Shown in pieces: positions 14,517-24,907 of a stretch of DNA of 64,000 nucleotides; within the stretch, counting starts at the first letter, position 1; every line of letters begins with the position of its first letter. Below the pieces are notes generated by a model. It did no database searches. It was not told the DNA's origin and worked only from the letters and a program-made list of their open reading frames with translations. Made by a program: the position numbers and the translations under genes. This DNA comes from an uncultured virus (IMG/VR IMGVR_UViG_3300024518_002726). Its lineage: Duplodnaviria; Heunggongvirae; Uroviricota; Caudoviricetes; Crassvirales. The stretch lies in IMG/VR virus record IMGVR_UViG_3300024518_002726. One strand, 5' to 3'.

Positions 14517-16460
14517 ATGGCAAAACAGCACGATATATGCTTCTATGATATAGAAGTGTTTAAGAATTTCTTCCTGCTTATTGCCAAGACACTTAAAGAT
14601 GACAAGTTCCACTACTTCAGGATTTTTCATGTAGGGGGAGGTGCCTTTGTAGCAAATGAAGTAGAAGAACTAATACAATTCTTCTCTGTTAAGGGTAGGT
14701 TCTTTGTTGGGTTTAACAATCGTCACTTCGATGACCAGTTAGTTGCTTTGATATTCAAGAATAGAGAACTATATCTTGAGAAGGGTGCAAAATATGCTGC
14801 AACTCAATTAAAGAAAGCAACCAGTTCAATTATCACCTATGGTAACTGGACTAGACTACCTGTTTCTTTCAGAAGTATAGATCTACTGAGTATTACGCAA
14901 GTGAATGACAGGCGTATATCTCTTAAGAAGGCCGCTATCAATATGAAGTGGCCTTTGATTCTTGATCTACCTTTACCAGTAGAAGCAACAGTTCAATTAG
15001 CAGATGGTCCCTCAATGTTGAGGTATTGTAAGAACGATGTAAATATAACAGAACACTTATACAAAGCTCTCCGTGAGGATATAAATATGAGAGCTAAGAT
15101 GTCTGTTAAGTATGGTGTGAATCTATTGTCTGATAGCAATAGTACGATGAGTAGTAGAATCCTTGAGCCTGCTTATAGTAAGATAACTAAGCAGAATGTC
15201 TGGAGTTTTAGAAATGATAGAACTCCGAGAGAATGGATGAGCATGTCTGACATTGTGGGAGAAGAGATAGAGTTCAAGACTCCGGGATTACAGAGATTCT
15301 TGATAGATATAAAGGGAGACCATATCAATACTACTCAATCTTGGGGAAGAAAGGTAAGGATAAATGATACTTATTATGATGTAGCTAAAGGTGGTCTTCA
15401 TTCTGTACACTATGTTGTAGTAGGTAAGAAGAAGAAGCCCAAACCTGTAGTCTATCAAAGTAAGAAAGGATATGACATAATAGATGCAGATGTGAGTTCA
15501 TATTATCCCAATATAATGTTGAACTTACAGATAAGACCAGCTCACTTAGAGCCTTCTTTTCTTGATCTAGTTGGAGATATGACAGATGAGAGATTGGCAG
15601 CTAAGAAGAAAGGAGATGTGGTTACTAGTGAGTCGAATAAGGTTACTGTTAACAGTGTATTTGGTAAGTTTAATTATGAACACTCTTGGTTGTATGATCC
15701 TATGGCCCTCTATAGGATTACAATCAATGGACAGTTGTTCTTGTTGATGCTTATTGAAGCTTTGGAGATGAAAGGGATTACAGTCCTTTATGCTAATACT
15801 GATGGAATTGTAGCTAAAGTCTATAAAGATCAACGAGATCTTTTCTATACAATGTGTAGAGGTTGGACCAGAAGACATAAGTTTGTCTTAGACTTCTCAC
15901 TCTTCGAGACTTTCGCTATTCGAGATGTAAACAACTATCTAGCTATCAAAACAGATGGTAAGGTTAAAGGTAAGGGAGATCTAGACAAGGATAATCTTAT
16001 TCATCCAACAGTAATTTTAGGTTTACATAAAGGATTTGATTCGCCTATAATAAGTCTTGCTCTTCATAACTACTTTGTATATGGTATACAGATAGAGGAT
16101 ACGATAAATGATCATGAAGATGTCTTAGATTTCTGTAAAGCTCAAGGTGTAGGTAAGATGTTTAGTCAAGTATTTCATGAGAAGCTTGATATAGAAGGTA
16201 GAGTAGTAGTCCGTGAGCCTGTACAGAAGATCAATAGATATTTTGTTTGTAAGACAAGTCATGGTGGTATTCTCAGTAAATATAAAGCTGATGGTTCTAG
16301 AGTACAGATGGTAAAAGATCACAATGTCTTTTTAGTTAATGATCTAAAAGCTTATAAGAAGAAGATGGGTAGTCTTGATATAATAGATAGAAGATTTTAT
16401 ATAGGACAAGCAAACAAGATAGTAGAGATGTTTACAGTAACACAATCAAGTTTGATATGA
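14517..16460 (+). CDS. polB: Family B DNA polymerase (crAss-like type)
   Basis: ExoI YDIEVF, ExoII GFNNRHFD, ExoIII YCKND; polymerase motifs DADVSSYYPN, KVTVNSVFGK and YANTDG. Confidence 0.95.
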   Translation: MAKQHDICFYDIEVFKNFFLLIAKTLKDDKFHYFRIFHVGGGAFVANEVEELIQFFSVKGRFFVGFNNRHFDDQLVALIFKNRELYLEKGAKYAATQLKKATSSIITYGNWTRLPVSFRSIDLLSITQVNDRRISLKKAAINMKWPLILDLPLPVEATVQLADGPSMLRYCKNDVNITEHLYKALREDINMRAKMSVKYGVNLLSDSNSTMSSRILEPAYSKITKQNVWSFRNDRTPREWMSMSDIVGEEIEFKTPGLQRFLIDIKGDHINTTQSWGRKVRINDTYYDVAKGGLHSVHYVVVGKKKKPKPVVYQSKKGYDIIDADVSSYYPNIMLNLQIRPAHLEPSFLDLVGDMTDERLAAKKKGDVVTSESNKVTVNSVFGKFNYEHSWLYDPMALYRITINGQLFLLMLIEALEMKGITVLYANTDGIVAKVYKDQRDLFYTMCRGWTRRHKFVLDFSLFETFAIRDVNNYLAIKTDGKVKGKGDLDKDNLIHPTVILGLHKGFDSPIISLALHNYFVYGIQIEDTINDHEDVLDFCKAQGVGKMFSQVFHEKLDIEGRVVVREPVQKINRYFVCKTSHGGILSKYKADGSRVQMVKDHNVFLVNDLKAYKKKMGSLDIIDRRFYIGQANKIVEMFTVTQSSLI

Positions 16461-16723
16461 CTTTATCTGATTTATATGAGATAGCAAAAGATAAACCTAT
16501 TGGTTTAGCATCTAACAGTTTTATACGTGAACAAGTAGAGAAGGTAGTATCAGTACCCATATTTGAACCATTCACAACAATCAGAACTCTTCTAGATAAA
16601 CCGTGGGTAATAGATGAGTCAATGGTTGTCTTGAATGTCTGGTGGACTGAGAAGGGATGGAATGAATTTATCGAATCCGTAGATGAGAATAGTTTCGCCA
16701 AAGGAACAGAAGAAGCGCCTTAA
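16457..16723 (+). CDS. Hypothetical protein
   Basis: ATGA-coupled to the polymerase gene. Confidence 0.6.
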   Translation: MTLSDLYEIAKDKPIGLASNSFIREQVEKVVSVPIFEPFTTIRTLLDKPWVIDESMVVLNVWWTEKGWNEFIESVDENSFAKGTEEAP

Positions 16724-16925
16724 AGCTGCACAGTACTTTATTCAACTTCGTGATGAAGGAGTTAGTTCATACAAAGCAGCAAAGCTTTGTGGTTATCACT
16801 ACAACACAATCAAAAGAGTAATTGAGGGGTCAGATCTGCCAAATCCCTTTAATAATCATGAAGAATCCGCTCCTAAAGACGGTTGGTGGGTAGATGCTTA
16901 TTGTAAAATGATGCAGAGGTATTAA
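16683..16925 (+). CDS. Helix-turn-helix protein
   Basis: GVSSYKAAKLCGYHYNTIKRVI. Confidence 0.65.
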   Translation: MRIVSPKEQKKRLKAAQYFIQLRDEGVSSYKAAKLCGYHYNTIKRVIEGSDLPNPFNNHEESAPKDGWWVDAYCKMMQRY

Positions 16926-16928
16926 TTC

Positions 16929-18173
16929 ATGAAACTAGACCAGAGCAGGCTGAACAGACAGAAGAAAGCAGCTAGGTTGTGGATAGATGGGAAAGGAAGA
17001 GGAACTGTAGTAGGTACAACTGGCTTTGGGAAGAGCATGATAGCTCAGTTGATAGGTCGCTTTCTAAAGAATAAGAATCGTGGATTTCCTATCATCATTG
17101 TTGTTCCTACCAATTATCTGAAGGAACAATGGGAAGGGATAGTAAAAGATGAGAAGTGGTCTCGTACTCAAGTATGGGTAATTAACTCTCTAATAAGGAG
17201 TAAGCACAAAACAGGACTTCTAATACTAGACGAAGTTCACATGTATAGTGCTCCTACATTTAGAAAAGTATTTACTCATGTTGAGTACAAGTTTGTTATT
17301 GGTCTTACTGCTACACTGGATGAGAAGGACGCTAAGTATAACATAATCCGTAAGAAATGTCCAGTAGTAGATGAGATTACAATTAGAGAAGCTAGAGACA
17401 ATGGATGGATAAGTGATTATGTGATATACAATCTGGGTATAGAGTTACCAACGACAGATCGTGAAGCTTATGATGTAATAAACCAGAAGTTTATACGTCT
17501 ATTCGCAATGTTCCGTCACGACTTGAATCTGGCTAGAAAGTGTATGTTCAACAAAGCAGTGAGAGAGAAATTCTCTCAGGAGATGGACATACCAGCCAGC
17601 CAGATATTCCTTTTGGCAAGAAAGTTACAGGAATATATACGAAAACGTCAAACATTTCTGTATGAATACAGACCCAAGCTGGATCTTGCTATAGATATTT
17701 GTAATACTTTCCCGAATCGGAAGATAATAGCTTTCTCTCAGAGTATAGAAGCAGCAAATCACATACATAATAACATGGGAGATACGTGTGCTGTCTATCA
17801 CTCTAAAGTGAAAGGAGAGACTGTAGATGGAAAGTATGTTGGTGCTAAGAGAATGAAGCAGTATGCTGTTAAACGTTTTGCAAGTAATGATGGCACAGTT
17901 AAATGTCACGTCTTATCTACTGCAAGAGCTTTGGATCTTGGGGCTGATTTACCTCTTATTGATATGGTTATCGTCACGAGTGGTAGCTCTAAAGCTCTTC
18001 AAGCTATACAAAGATATGGTAGATCTCTTAGAAAGGTGGAAGGAAAATCGACAATAATTATAGAAATCTACGTATTAGAAACTCAAGACTATAAGTGGCT
18101 AAAGAGTCGGCAGAAGAAGGTGCCGAGAACGGTAATAACTCACATCAATAACATTAACCAAATTGAGGTTTAG
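16929..18173 (+). CDS. Superfamily 2 (DEAD/DEAH-like) helicase
   Basis: GTTGFGKS, LILDEVH, GLTAT, LDLGADLP, QRYGRSLR. Confidence 0.93.
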   Translation: MKLDQSRLNRQKKAARLWIDGKGRGTVVGTTGFGKSMIAQLIGRFLKNKNRGFPIIIVVPTNYLKEQWEGIVKDEKWSRTQVWVINSLIRSKHKTGLLILDEVHMYSAPTFRKVFTHVEYKFVIGLTATLDEKDAKYNIIRKKCPVVDEITIREARDNGWISDYVIYNLGIELPTTDREAYDVINQKFIRLFAMFRHDLNLARKCMFNKAVREKFSQEMDIPASQIFLLARKLQEYIRKRQTFLYEYRPKLDLAIDICNTFPNRKIIAFSQSIEAANHIHNNMGDTCAVYHSKVKGETVDGKYVGAKRMKQYAVKRFASNDGTVKCHVLSTARALDLGADLPLIDMVIVTSGSSKALQAIQRYGRSLRKVEGKSTIIIEIYVLETQDYKWLKSRQKKVPRTVITHINNINQIEV

Positions 18174-18197
18174 AATGGTAAGAATAAGAGATGATTG

Positions 18198-18237
18198 AAG
18201 GGTACACTGTATGATCTCTGCATTGTGTACCCTTTAA
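18198..18237 (+). terminator. Terminator-like hairpin
   Basis: AAGGGTACAC...GTGTACCCTTT. Confidence 0.55.
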
Positions 18238-18247
18238 TAAAACAGAA

Positions 18248-18910
18248 ATGATTCTGCAAGTCCATGAATATGTCTCATTCCTCATGGAATGGAAGATTAC
18301 TCCTAAACAGTTCTTACTCGTATATATTCTTCATTTATCTGAGCTTGAGAAAGCATCAGGTAGAAGTATATATCTTGAAGAATCAGGCGGTAAGAAGGCG
18401 ATAGCGAGTAGTCTGTATGAGTATGTTAACTTTATGAGGGAGATCCCTAAAAGAGAACAGAAGCTTATACACGGTAATTGGACTAGTGGAGATGTGCAGT
18501 ACTTGATAATGCGTGGCGTTCTAGATTCAAGCGTAGATGCAGAAAACCCAGATTTTGATCAATTAGATTTAACAGACAAATTTAGAAGTAGTTTATTCGC
18601 TCTAGAGGACGAGTTTGAAGAGTTCTGGAATCTCTATCCTGCTCATATATATACAATAAAAGATGGGCAGAATACTAGACTTCCCCTTAAAATCGTAGAC
18701 AAAGATAGTCTAGAAATAGACTATATGCGTAAGATAGTAACAAACAATCAGCATTTCAGACTAATCAGAGTATTGAAGTGGGCTAAAGATAAGAAGCTTG
18801 TCAATATGAGAATTGATAGGTTCCTTAAGTCTGAGTATTGGGTTGATCTTGAGAAAGAAATGGCTCAAGATAACGGAGACAAACCCGAACTCTCTGAAGT
18901 AGTGATTTAA
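18248..18910 (+). CDS. Putative replication initiator or helicase-loader-like protein
   Basis: FEEFWNLYP motif; coupled (TAATG) to the DnaB-like helicase. Confidence 0.55.
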   Translation: MILQVHEYVSFLMEWKITPKQFLLVYILHLSELEKASGRSIYLEESGGKKAIASSLYEYVNFMREIPKREQKLIHGNWTSGDVQYLIMRGVLDSSVDAENPDFDQLDLTDKFRSSLFALEDEFEEFWNLYPAHIYTIKDGQNTRLPLKIVDKDSLEIDYMRKIVTNNQHFRLIRVLKWAKDKKLVNMRIDRFLKSEYWVDLEKEMAQDNGDKPELSEVVI

Positions 18911-19986
18911 TGGGATACTATAACAAGTTTCTCAGAGAAGTTCAGAGAGGTAGATCAGGCAAGAGTGTATCAATCCCACTTCCATTTCCTAGACTATCTG
19001 AACATGTTGATATAACCAGAAATCAATATACATTAATAGGAGGAAACAGTGGTTCTGGTAAGAGTAGTCTCGTACATCAGATGTATGTACTTGAAGCATA
19101 TGATTGGTGGTATACCAATCGTAAGGAGACAAATATAAAATTAGCTATATTTATTAGAAGTATGGAGAGAGCGGAAGCATTTTATGTAGCTAAGTGGGCA
19201 TGTTATAGAATATATAAGAAATACGGATACATTTTACATCCAAGATATGTTTTAGGAAAAGTTCCCAAGAGCAGAGTTAGTGATGAACTATATGATATAA
19301 TAAAGGAACAATTAGATTATTTTGAGGAGATGCAGGACCATGTAAAGATTATGGGTGGAAGTCCAACAGCACTTCAAATATCCAAACATTTAGATGCATG
19401 GGCAAATAGGAATGGTACACTCAAAGTAATTAATAGAGACTATGGAATATATAGCTATAAAGCTAATGATGATAATCTAATTACATTGACAATATTAGAT
19501 CATTTTGGAAGATTAAAAGGAGGACCAAGAAAGTCTAGAAAGGAAACTATAGATGAGGTAAGTTCTGTATTGGCTAAGAAGAGAGATCTATATGGATTCT
19601 CTAACGTAGGAGTCAGTCAGTTCAATAGATCTTTATCAGACGTATATAGAAGAAAAGCAGAGACATTCTTTCCAGAAGAGACAGATTTTAAAGAGACAGG
19701 AAATACTTTTGAAGATTCCGATGTGTGTTTCACATTGTTCGACCCTAAGAGATTCGGTAGAACTGATTGTTTGAGATATAAGGTTAACAAGTTTACTGAT
19801 CCCAAAGGAAATAATAGGTTTCGTGTTCTAACTCTACTCAAGAATACTCTTGGGACAGATCAGGTTCACTTACCCCTCAATTTTATCGGTGAGATGGGCA
19901 TGTTTAAAGAATTGAAAAGAGTTGTAGATATGACAGATGACGATTATAAGCTAGCGACTTTTCCACCGTTAAGAAAACATCCATAA
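18910..19986 (+). CDS. DnaB-like (SF4) replicative helicase
   Basis: Walker A GGNSGSGKS, SME, ILDHFG, VSQFNR, KETGNTFEDSD. Confidence 0.88.
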   Translation: MGYYNKFLREVQRGRSGKSVSIPLPFPRLSEHVDITRNQYTLIGGNSGSGKSSLVHQMYVLEAYDWWYTNRKETNIKLAIFIRSMERAEAFYVAKWACYRIYKKYGYILHPRYVLGKVPKSRVSDELYDIIKEQLDYFEEMQDHVKIMGGSPTALQISKHLDAWANRNGTLKVINRDYGIYSYKANDDNLITLTILDHFGRLKGGPRKSRKETIDEVSSVLAKKRDLYGFSNVGVSQFNRSLSDVYRRKAETFFPEETDFKETGNTFEDSDVCFTLFDPKRFGRTDCLRYKVNKFTDPKGNNRFRVLTLLKNTLGTDQVHLPLNFIGEMGMFKELKRVVDMTDDDYKLATFPPLRKHP

Positions 19987-19990
19987 ACAC

Positions 19991-20019
19991 TTGACAAAAC
20001 TGTTTAAAAAAGTTATATT
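19991..20019 (+). promoter_or_regulatory. Strong promoter
   Basis: TTGACA-N17-TATATT, 9 nt upstream of the ATG (near-leaderless mRNA). Confidence 0.75.
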
Positions 20020-20028
20020 ATCAAAGAG

Positions 20029-20859
20029 ATGACAACAGACACACAGGCTGAAAAACCCAAATCCAAACCCAAGTCCAAGCCAGTAGTTCTCCCAACTGGT
20101 ATCGTTCGTTCAAAAATCTTTAATCCCCGAGTCCTACTGGTCTACGCTGCTCCGAAAAAGGGCAAGAGTACAATCATGACAGGCTTCGAGAATTATATCA
20201 TACTTGATACGGAGGGTTCAACGGATTATCTGGACGCTGTGAAGATTAACGTCCGTGGGGCTGGAGGATTTCTTAAGACTTGCGATGCTATTATTGCTGC
20301 GGGTCGTCCCTACAAGTATGTGATAGTAGACACCGTATCCGGTCTTGAGAACTTCATCCAGCCTCTAGCCATCAAGATGTATAAAAGGAGTCCTGCGGGT
20401 AAGAACTTTACCAGTGATGATATTCTTGGTCTACCTCATGGTGGTGGTTACTATTGGTATCGCAAAGCATTCTTCCATATGCTTAACAAAGCGGAGGCTT
20501 GTAGACCGAAAGATGGAAGTTTAGTTCTTGTAGCTCACCTCAGAGACAAAATCATTCGAAAAGGTGATGAAGAAGTCCAAGCTAAGGATATAGATCTGAC
20601 CGGAAAGATGCGTGAGATTCTCTGTAGAGATTGTGACGCAATCGGTTATTTCTATAGAGATGGAGATGACGGGAGACTCAATTTCCAAACCTCAGATATG
20701 GACAACTGCGGGACAAGATGTAGACATTTGGATGGAAAGGATATCTTGATATCAAAAAAGGTTGGCGAAAGGGTTGACATTTTCTGGAAGGAAGTCTATA
20801 TTAATGTCCAACAACAAAATCGCTCTACTAACAGAGCATCACACAAACAAAATCCCTAA
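20029..20859 (+). CDS. AAA-family ATPase (AAA_24/Sak4-like)
   Basis: Walker A variant YAAPKKGKST, ILDTEGS, VIVDTVS, LVAH, DAIGY. Confidence 0.85.
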   Translation: MTTDTQAEKPKSKPKSKPVVLPTGIVRSKIFNPRVLLVYAAPKKGKSTIMTGFENYIILDTEGSTDYLDAVKINVRGAGGFLKTCDAIIAAGRPYKYVIVDTVSGLENFIQPLAIKMYKRSPAGKNFTSDDILGLPHGGGYYWYRKAFFHMLNKAEACRPKDGSLVLVAHLRDKIIRKGDEEVQAKDIDLTGKMREILCRDCDAIGYFYRDGDDGRLNFQTSDMDNCGTRCRHLDGKDILISKKVGERVDIFWKEVYINVQQQNRSTNRASHKQNP

Positions 20860-20865
20860 AGTATC

Positions 20866-21408
20866 ATGACACTCGAATTGTCAGACATCACTCCTGTCTC
20901 AATGAAAGCTCGAAGAGCAGGAACTCGTTACGATCTCCGGTTTGTTGCAGGTAAGAAAGCATTTCAGTTTGGTAATGCCAAGGCTCGGGTTGATCCCTAT
21001 GGGTTCAATGTTGGTACAGCCAATGGTAATGTCTACTTGCAATGTGTTCCCGATGGTGAAGGTCAGGTATACAATACGAAGACGTATACCGATGAAGCTG
21101 GAGTAAAGACCAAGCGGGAGAAGACAGGAACCTTCCAGCGTCCGGCTCTCAGAGTCCTGCTTGACAACAGCGGATTGGAAGGAATCAATGAGTTCAAGCT
21201 CGTTGAGGTTGAAATTGAAGGTGCAGAACGTCCGATCTTCCAAATCGTAGCTCTTGGAGAAGGAGAGTCTACCCGAGAGGTAGCAACAGAGGAAGATTCC
21301 GAAGCAGAGGTTGCACAAGAGGATTCTGCTGTAGAGACAGAAGAAGAAGGACTGGAAGGTGATGTGGAACTCGATGACGAAGGTGAAGACGTATTTGCGT
21401 CTCTTTAG
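20866..21408 (+). CDS. Hypothetical protein with acidic C-terminal tail
   Basis: E/D-rich last 45 aa; lies in the replication operon. Confidence 0.75.
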   Translation: MTLELSDITPVSMKARRAGTRYDLRFVAGKKAFQFGNAKARVDPYGFNVGTANGNVYLQCVPDGEGQVYNTKTYTDEAGVKTKREKTGTFQRPALRVLLDNSGLEGINEFKLVEVEIEGAERPIFQIVALGEGESTREVATEEDSEAEVAQEDSAVETEEEGLEGDVELDDEGEDVFASL

Positions 21409-21432
21409 ACAAAGAGTTCAAAGGAAAGAGAG

Positions 21433-21466
21433 AGGGGGGAGATACTCAGGTGTCTTCTCCCTTTCT
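21433..21466 (+). terminator. Terminator-like hairpin
   Basis: GGGGGAGATAC-TCAG-GTGTCTTCTCCCTTT. Confidence 0.6.
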
Positions 21467-21494
21467 ATGTTCTTAACCCCTAGATAATAGAATT

Positions 21495-22205
21495 ATGCCA
21501 TTTGGAAAAGAATCATTAGGAGATCGTAAACCATTTCAAGACAGCACAGGGTTTCTGGACAGACCTTATTGTGGACCAGTTGTACTACTTGAGTTTGGTA
21601 TTGAAGAACTGGATTTTCAAGAGAATAAATGGAAGACCTTGCAAGCAGTCTTTGAACTGAAAGGTGAAGGATTTGAAGGTCTGAAATTCACATATGCTTT
21701 TAAGGCTCCTAATACCAAGAGTGAGTATTATGTTAGAGAAGAGCACGAAGAGCAGATGATGTTTATGGTTAATCACTGGTTGTTCTATTTCTGTCTGCTG
21801 GAAGGAAAAGAAGAACGAGAGAAGTGGGCCGGTGATCAGATTGATGTTCCACATCAAGGAGATAGCGATGAAGCTATCTTAAAGGAGTGGGGCATGTTCA
21901 TGAAGCAGTTTGTAGCTGCTATGGAGAAAGTCAGGGCTACTGAGAAAGAGGACTTGCAGATTAAAATTCTTGGATCTGTATATACAGGTAGTCCGAGACT
22001 TGTTCTTCCATATTATCCTCACCTTTCAGATAGTAGAGGTACGGGTAAACTGGTCTTCACTCCAAAAGAAAGGGCACAAGGTCAAGAGTATATGGATGCT
22101 AAGGATGCAAAACCTTCTGACCCAGATGACATCAATCTGGATGATGACAGCGATGAGTCTTCGGATGTTGATGATATCTCAAACTTGGATGATGCAGACT
22201 TCTAG
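21495..22205 (+). CDS. Putative single-stranded DNA-binding protein
   Basis: Acidic tail ending DDADF; located between the AAA ATPase and primase. Confidence 0.5.
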   Translation: MPFGKESLGDRKPFQDSTGFLDRPYCGPVVLLEFGIEELDFQENKWKTLQAVFELKGEGFEGLKFTYAFKAPNTKSEYYVREEHEEQMMFMVNHWLFYFCLLEGKEEREKWAGDQIDVPHQGDSDEAILKEWGMFMKQFVAAMEKVRATEKEDLQIKILGSVYTGSPRLVLPYYPHLSDSRGTGKLVFTPKERAQGQEYMDAKDAKPSDPDDINLDDDSDESSDVDDISNLDDADF

Positions 22206-22226
22206 AAAATAAGATAAGCACGGAGG

Positions 22227-22262
22227 AAAGGGGGAGGGTCTTAATTGGTCCTTCCCCTTTTA
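22227..22262 (+). terminator. Rho-independent terminator
   Basis: AAAGGGGAGGGTC-TTAATT-GGTCCTTCCCCTTTT. Confidence 0.7.
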
Positions 22263-22266
22263 CATT

Positions 22267-22482
22267 ATGCCAGCGACTAAGAAACAAATATGGGCACAGG
22301 ATAGGAACTTCATGTTGATGCGATTATATGGGATGTTATCAACTACTAGAGGTTCTGTAATTTTCAAGTATTTAGATAGAGAAACTGTTAATAGATTACA
22401 AGAGAATATAGAAGAGGCTATTTCTGAGATGGAAGAACAAAATACCTATGAGAAATGGCATATCAAACGACAAAGAAGATAA
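22267..22482 (+). CDS. Hypothetical protein
   Basis: ORF overlapping the primase start. Confidence 0.6.
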   Translation: MPATKKQIWAQDRNFMLMRLYGMLSTTRGSVIFKYLDRETVNRLQENIEEAISEMEEQNTYEKWHIKRQRR

Positions 22483-23504
22483 TCACTAAGGAGTATATTC
22501 TATCAAGGATATCAGAGAAGGAAATATTTGAATACTATCTGGGAATTAAAGCAAAACCTAATAGGCTATATCGTTCCCCACTTCGAGATGATCGCCACCC
22601 TACTTGTTCCTTTTCTTACAGGGGAGGTAGGCTCAGATTCCGGGATTGGAAGGAAAGTGGTGATAAGGATTGTTTTGATATAGTTGCTAAGATGTTTGGA
22701 TTGGACTTTGGGACTGCTCTTGAAAAGATAGCTTGGGATTTCGAGCTATCAGATAAGCCTATCGTAGCAGAACTTGTAGAAAAGTTGAGGAACATCAAAA
22801 ACAAAACCTATCGTAGTTCTGGTAGTAGTGATATTCGTGTAACTATACAGAAGGAGACTAAAGTAGATAGAGAATATCTAGAGTCTTTTGGTATAAAAGA
22901 GTGGACTTGGAGAAGATATAAATGTGTTAGCATAAAGAAGCTGTGGGTTAACGGTAGAGCTACTTATTATTATAGAGATAGAGATCCTGCTCTTGGATAT
23001 TATTTTGGGATAGGTAAAGATGAAAGACAACTCTGGAAGATATACTTCTATAAAAGAGGGAAGACTACTGGTTCAGGCATACCTATATCAAGAACCAGAT
23101 TTGTATCTAATACATCTAAGATGAATGGTTGGAATCAGTTACCAAAGGATGGTAGTACTTTGATTATAACTAAGAGTATGAAGGATGTTATGGTACTAGC
23201 TCAAATGGGTTTCTACGCTATAGCTCCACAGGCAGAAAGTGCAATTATAAGAGGAGAGATATTAGATCTCATTTCTGATAAGTTTACTCATGTATATAGT
23301 CTGTACGATTTTGATTACACAGGAATAGTAGCTGCTAATAAACTAAAGAGAAATGGAGTAGTTCCTCTCTTCTTAACCAATGGTAGATTTGGTACTCATG
23401 ATTACGGTAGCAAAGATATCAGTGACTATGTAAGAGATAATGATTTCCAAAAGGCTAAAAACCTAATACTATTAATGCTCTATGAAACACGTACTAAAAA
23501 GTAG
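22455..23504 (+). CDS. DNA primase (crAss-type DnaG-like, TOPRIM)
   Basis: Degenerate Zn-binding SPLRDDRHPTCSF; TOPRIM IITKSMKDVM, APQAE, LYDFDYTG, KDISD. Confidence 0.88.
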   Translation: MAYQTTKKIITKEYILSRISEKEIFEYYLGIKAKPNRLYRSPLRDDRHPTCSFSYRGGRLRFRDWKESGDKDCFDIVAKMFGLDFGTALEKIAWDFELSDKPIVAELVEKLRNIKNKTYRSSGSSDIRVTIQKETKVDREYLESFGIKEWTWRRYKCVSIKKLWVNGRATYYYRDRDPALGYYFGIGKDERQLWKIYFYKRGKTTGSGIPISRTRFVSNTSKMNGWNQLPKDGSTLIITKSMKDVMVLAQMGFYAIAPQAESAIIRGEILDLISDKFTHVYSLYDFDYTGIVAANKLKRNGVVPLFLTNGRFGTHDYGSKDISDYVRDNDFQKAKNLILLMLYETRTKK

Positions 23505-24171
23505 TAAGATGCTACATGCTCCATATGCCATATATATGCATCAGCAGATGTGTGCAGATAAAGATTTGAAAAGAGCTGGTAGAAGTCTTCACAAAATATA
23601 TCCTTCACTTTCCAAGCAATTAATATCTGGTCTTATCAAAGGAGAAGTCAAGTTTTCTATAGAAGGAGATGATGCAGTCTTCAGTACTGAAGGAGAAGGT
23701 AAGAAGATACATCGTCAGTCTATGCCTAAAGAAACTATAGATAAAGCACACGCTACAGATCAGGGACACATATCTGATCTTACTAAAGGACATATGCCTA
23801 CAAAAAGACAAACACAGCGACAGATCAATGAGGAAAAGGAAAAGCTTGCTAGAGAAAAACACATGAAGATGGTAAAATCTCTTGCTGATATGATGAACAG
23901 GCCAGTAGTTAAAATCATTGAAAATCCAAAGAGGAATTTACCAGCCGAAGTTCTTATTGATGGAATAATCATGTTAATGAAACATCACCTCATTGGTTTC
24001 ATTACAAGCTTTGGATCTGGACCAGAAATTAGAGAGTTCATTGGAAATAAGATAGGAGAACTAACAGCCTTTGTGATAGGGATGGACTATGGAGATGATA
24101 ATAAGAGACTACCTACTGAAAGTACAGACCAGCAAGGCGAGAAGAAAGGTGTTCCTGAAATGGGAGAATAG
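23482..24171 (+). CDS. Hypothetical protein
   Basis: 229-aa ORF in the operon. Confidence 0.65.
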   Translation: MKHVLKSSKMLHAPYAIYMHQQMCADKDLKRAGRSLHKIYPSLSKQLISGLIKGEVKFSIEGDDAVFSTEGEGKKIHRQSMPKETIDKAHATDQGHISDLTKGHMPTKRQTQRQINEEKEKLAREKHMKMVKSLADMMNRPVVKIIENPKRNLPAEVLIDGIIMLMKHHLIGFITSFGSGPEIREFIGNKIGELTAFVIGMDYGDDNKRLPTESTDQQGEKKGVPEMGE

Positions 24172-24679
24172 AGATGAAGTAAAAATCCCCAAGAAGTACA
24201 AACCCATCAGTTGCAGGAAGGGATATGTTATTGACAAATGGGGAGAGAGATATATTATCAACCGTCGTGTAGCAGGGACACCTAAGTTCGAAACCCTATC
24301 TGGTAATAAGTTCTACTCTGGTTATGGAAATTCTAGAGTAAGGGCGATGTTAATGGATAAGTTGAAAGATGATTTTCGAAAGAAGATCAAGAAGTATTTA
24401 CCCATTAAGATAAGACCTGAAGATTTTCCTATAAGAATAGATTGGGATATTTTTTCAGTGAAAGGAAAAGGAGATTGGGATTTAGATAATCTATGGTTCT
24501 ATAGAAAAGCATTTGTAGATGTACTTAAAGAATGTAAAGTCATACCTGATGATAGCATTGAATATGTCACAGGATTTGATACTCAATGGTATGAAATTCC
24601 AGAAGGAGAAACTCGTATGTTAATATTCACATTTAGTAGAAACCCTTTAGACCGTAGTGTCAGAGAGTTAATAGAGTAA
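24089..24679 (+). CDS. RusA-like Holliday junction resolvase
   Basis: WDLDNL.FYRKAFVDVL....IPDDS.EYV. Confidence 0.75.
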   Translation: MEMIIRDYLLKVQTSKARRKVFLKWENRDEVKIPKKYKPISCRKGYVIDKWGERYIINRRVAGTPKFETLSGNKFYSGYGNSRVRAMLMDKLKDDFRKKIKKYLPIKIRPEDFPIRIDWDIFSVKGKGDWDLDNLWFYRKAFVDVLKECKVIPDDSIEYVTGFDTQWYEIPEGETRMLIFTFSRNPLDRSVRELIE

Positions 24680-24685
24680 TTTAAT

Positions 24686-24907
24686 ATGAGTATGGATTTA
24701 GTATTGGTTTTTATGGAAGGTGGTCAACCTAAAGCAGTTGTAGTTGATGGTCCTAAACTAAACCTTGCATTTTATGATAGAGATAAAGAGAAGGTAGGAA
24801 AAGAAAATCCTCTAACTCTTTTCAAAGAACAGTTAGCTACTGAAGAAACTCCAGAAAACGTACAAAAGTTGATGGAGAGTATAAAGTCAAACTGGTATAC
24901 ATTATGA
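24686..24907 (+). CDS. Hypothetical protein
   Basis: ATGA-coupled. Confidence 0.65.
   Translation: MSMDLVLVFMEGGQPKAVVVDGPKLNLAFYDRDKEKVGKENPLTLFKEQLATEETPENVQKLMESIKSNWYTL

Noticed and set aside
14517..19986. Inteins or group I introns in polymerase or helicases
   Set aside because: Lengths and motif spacing are normal, with no splicing or homing-endonuclease motifs seen.
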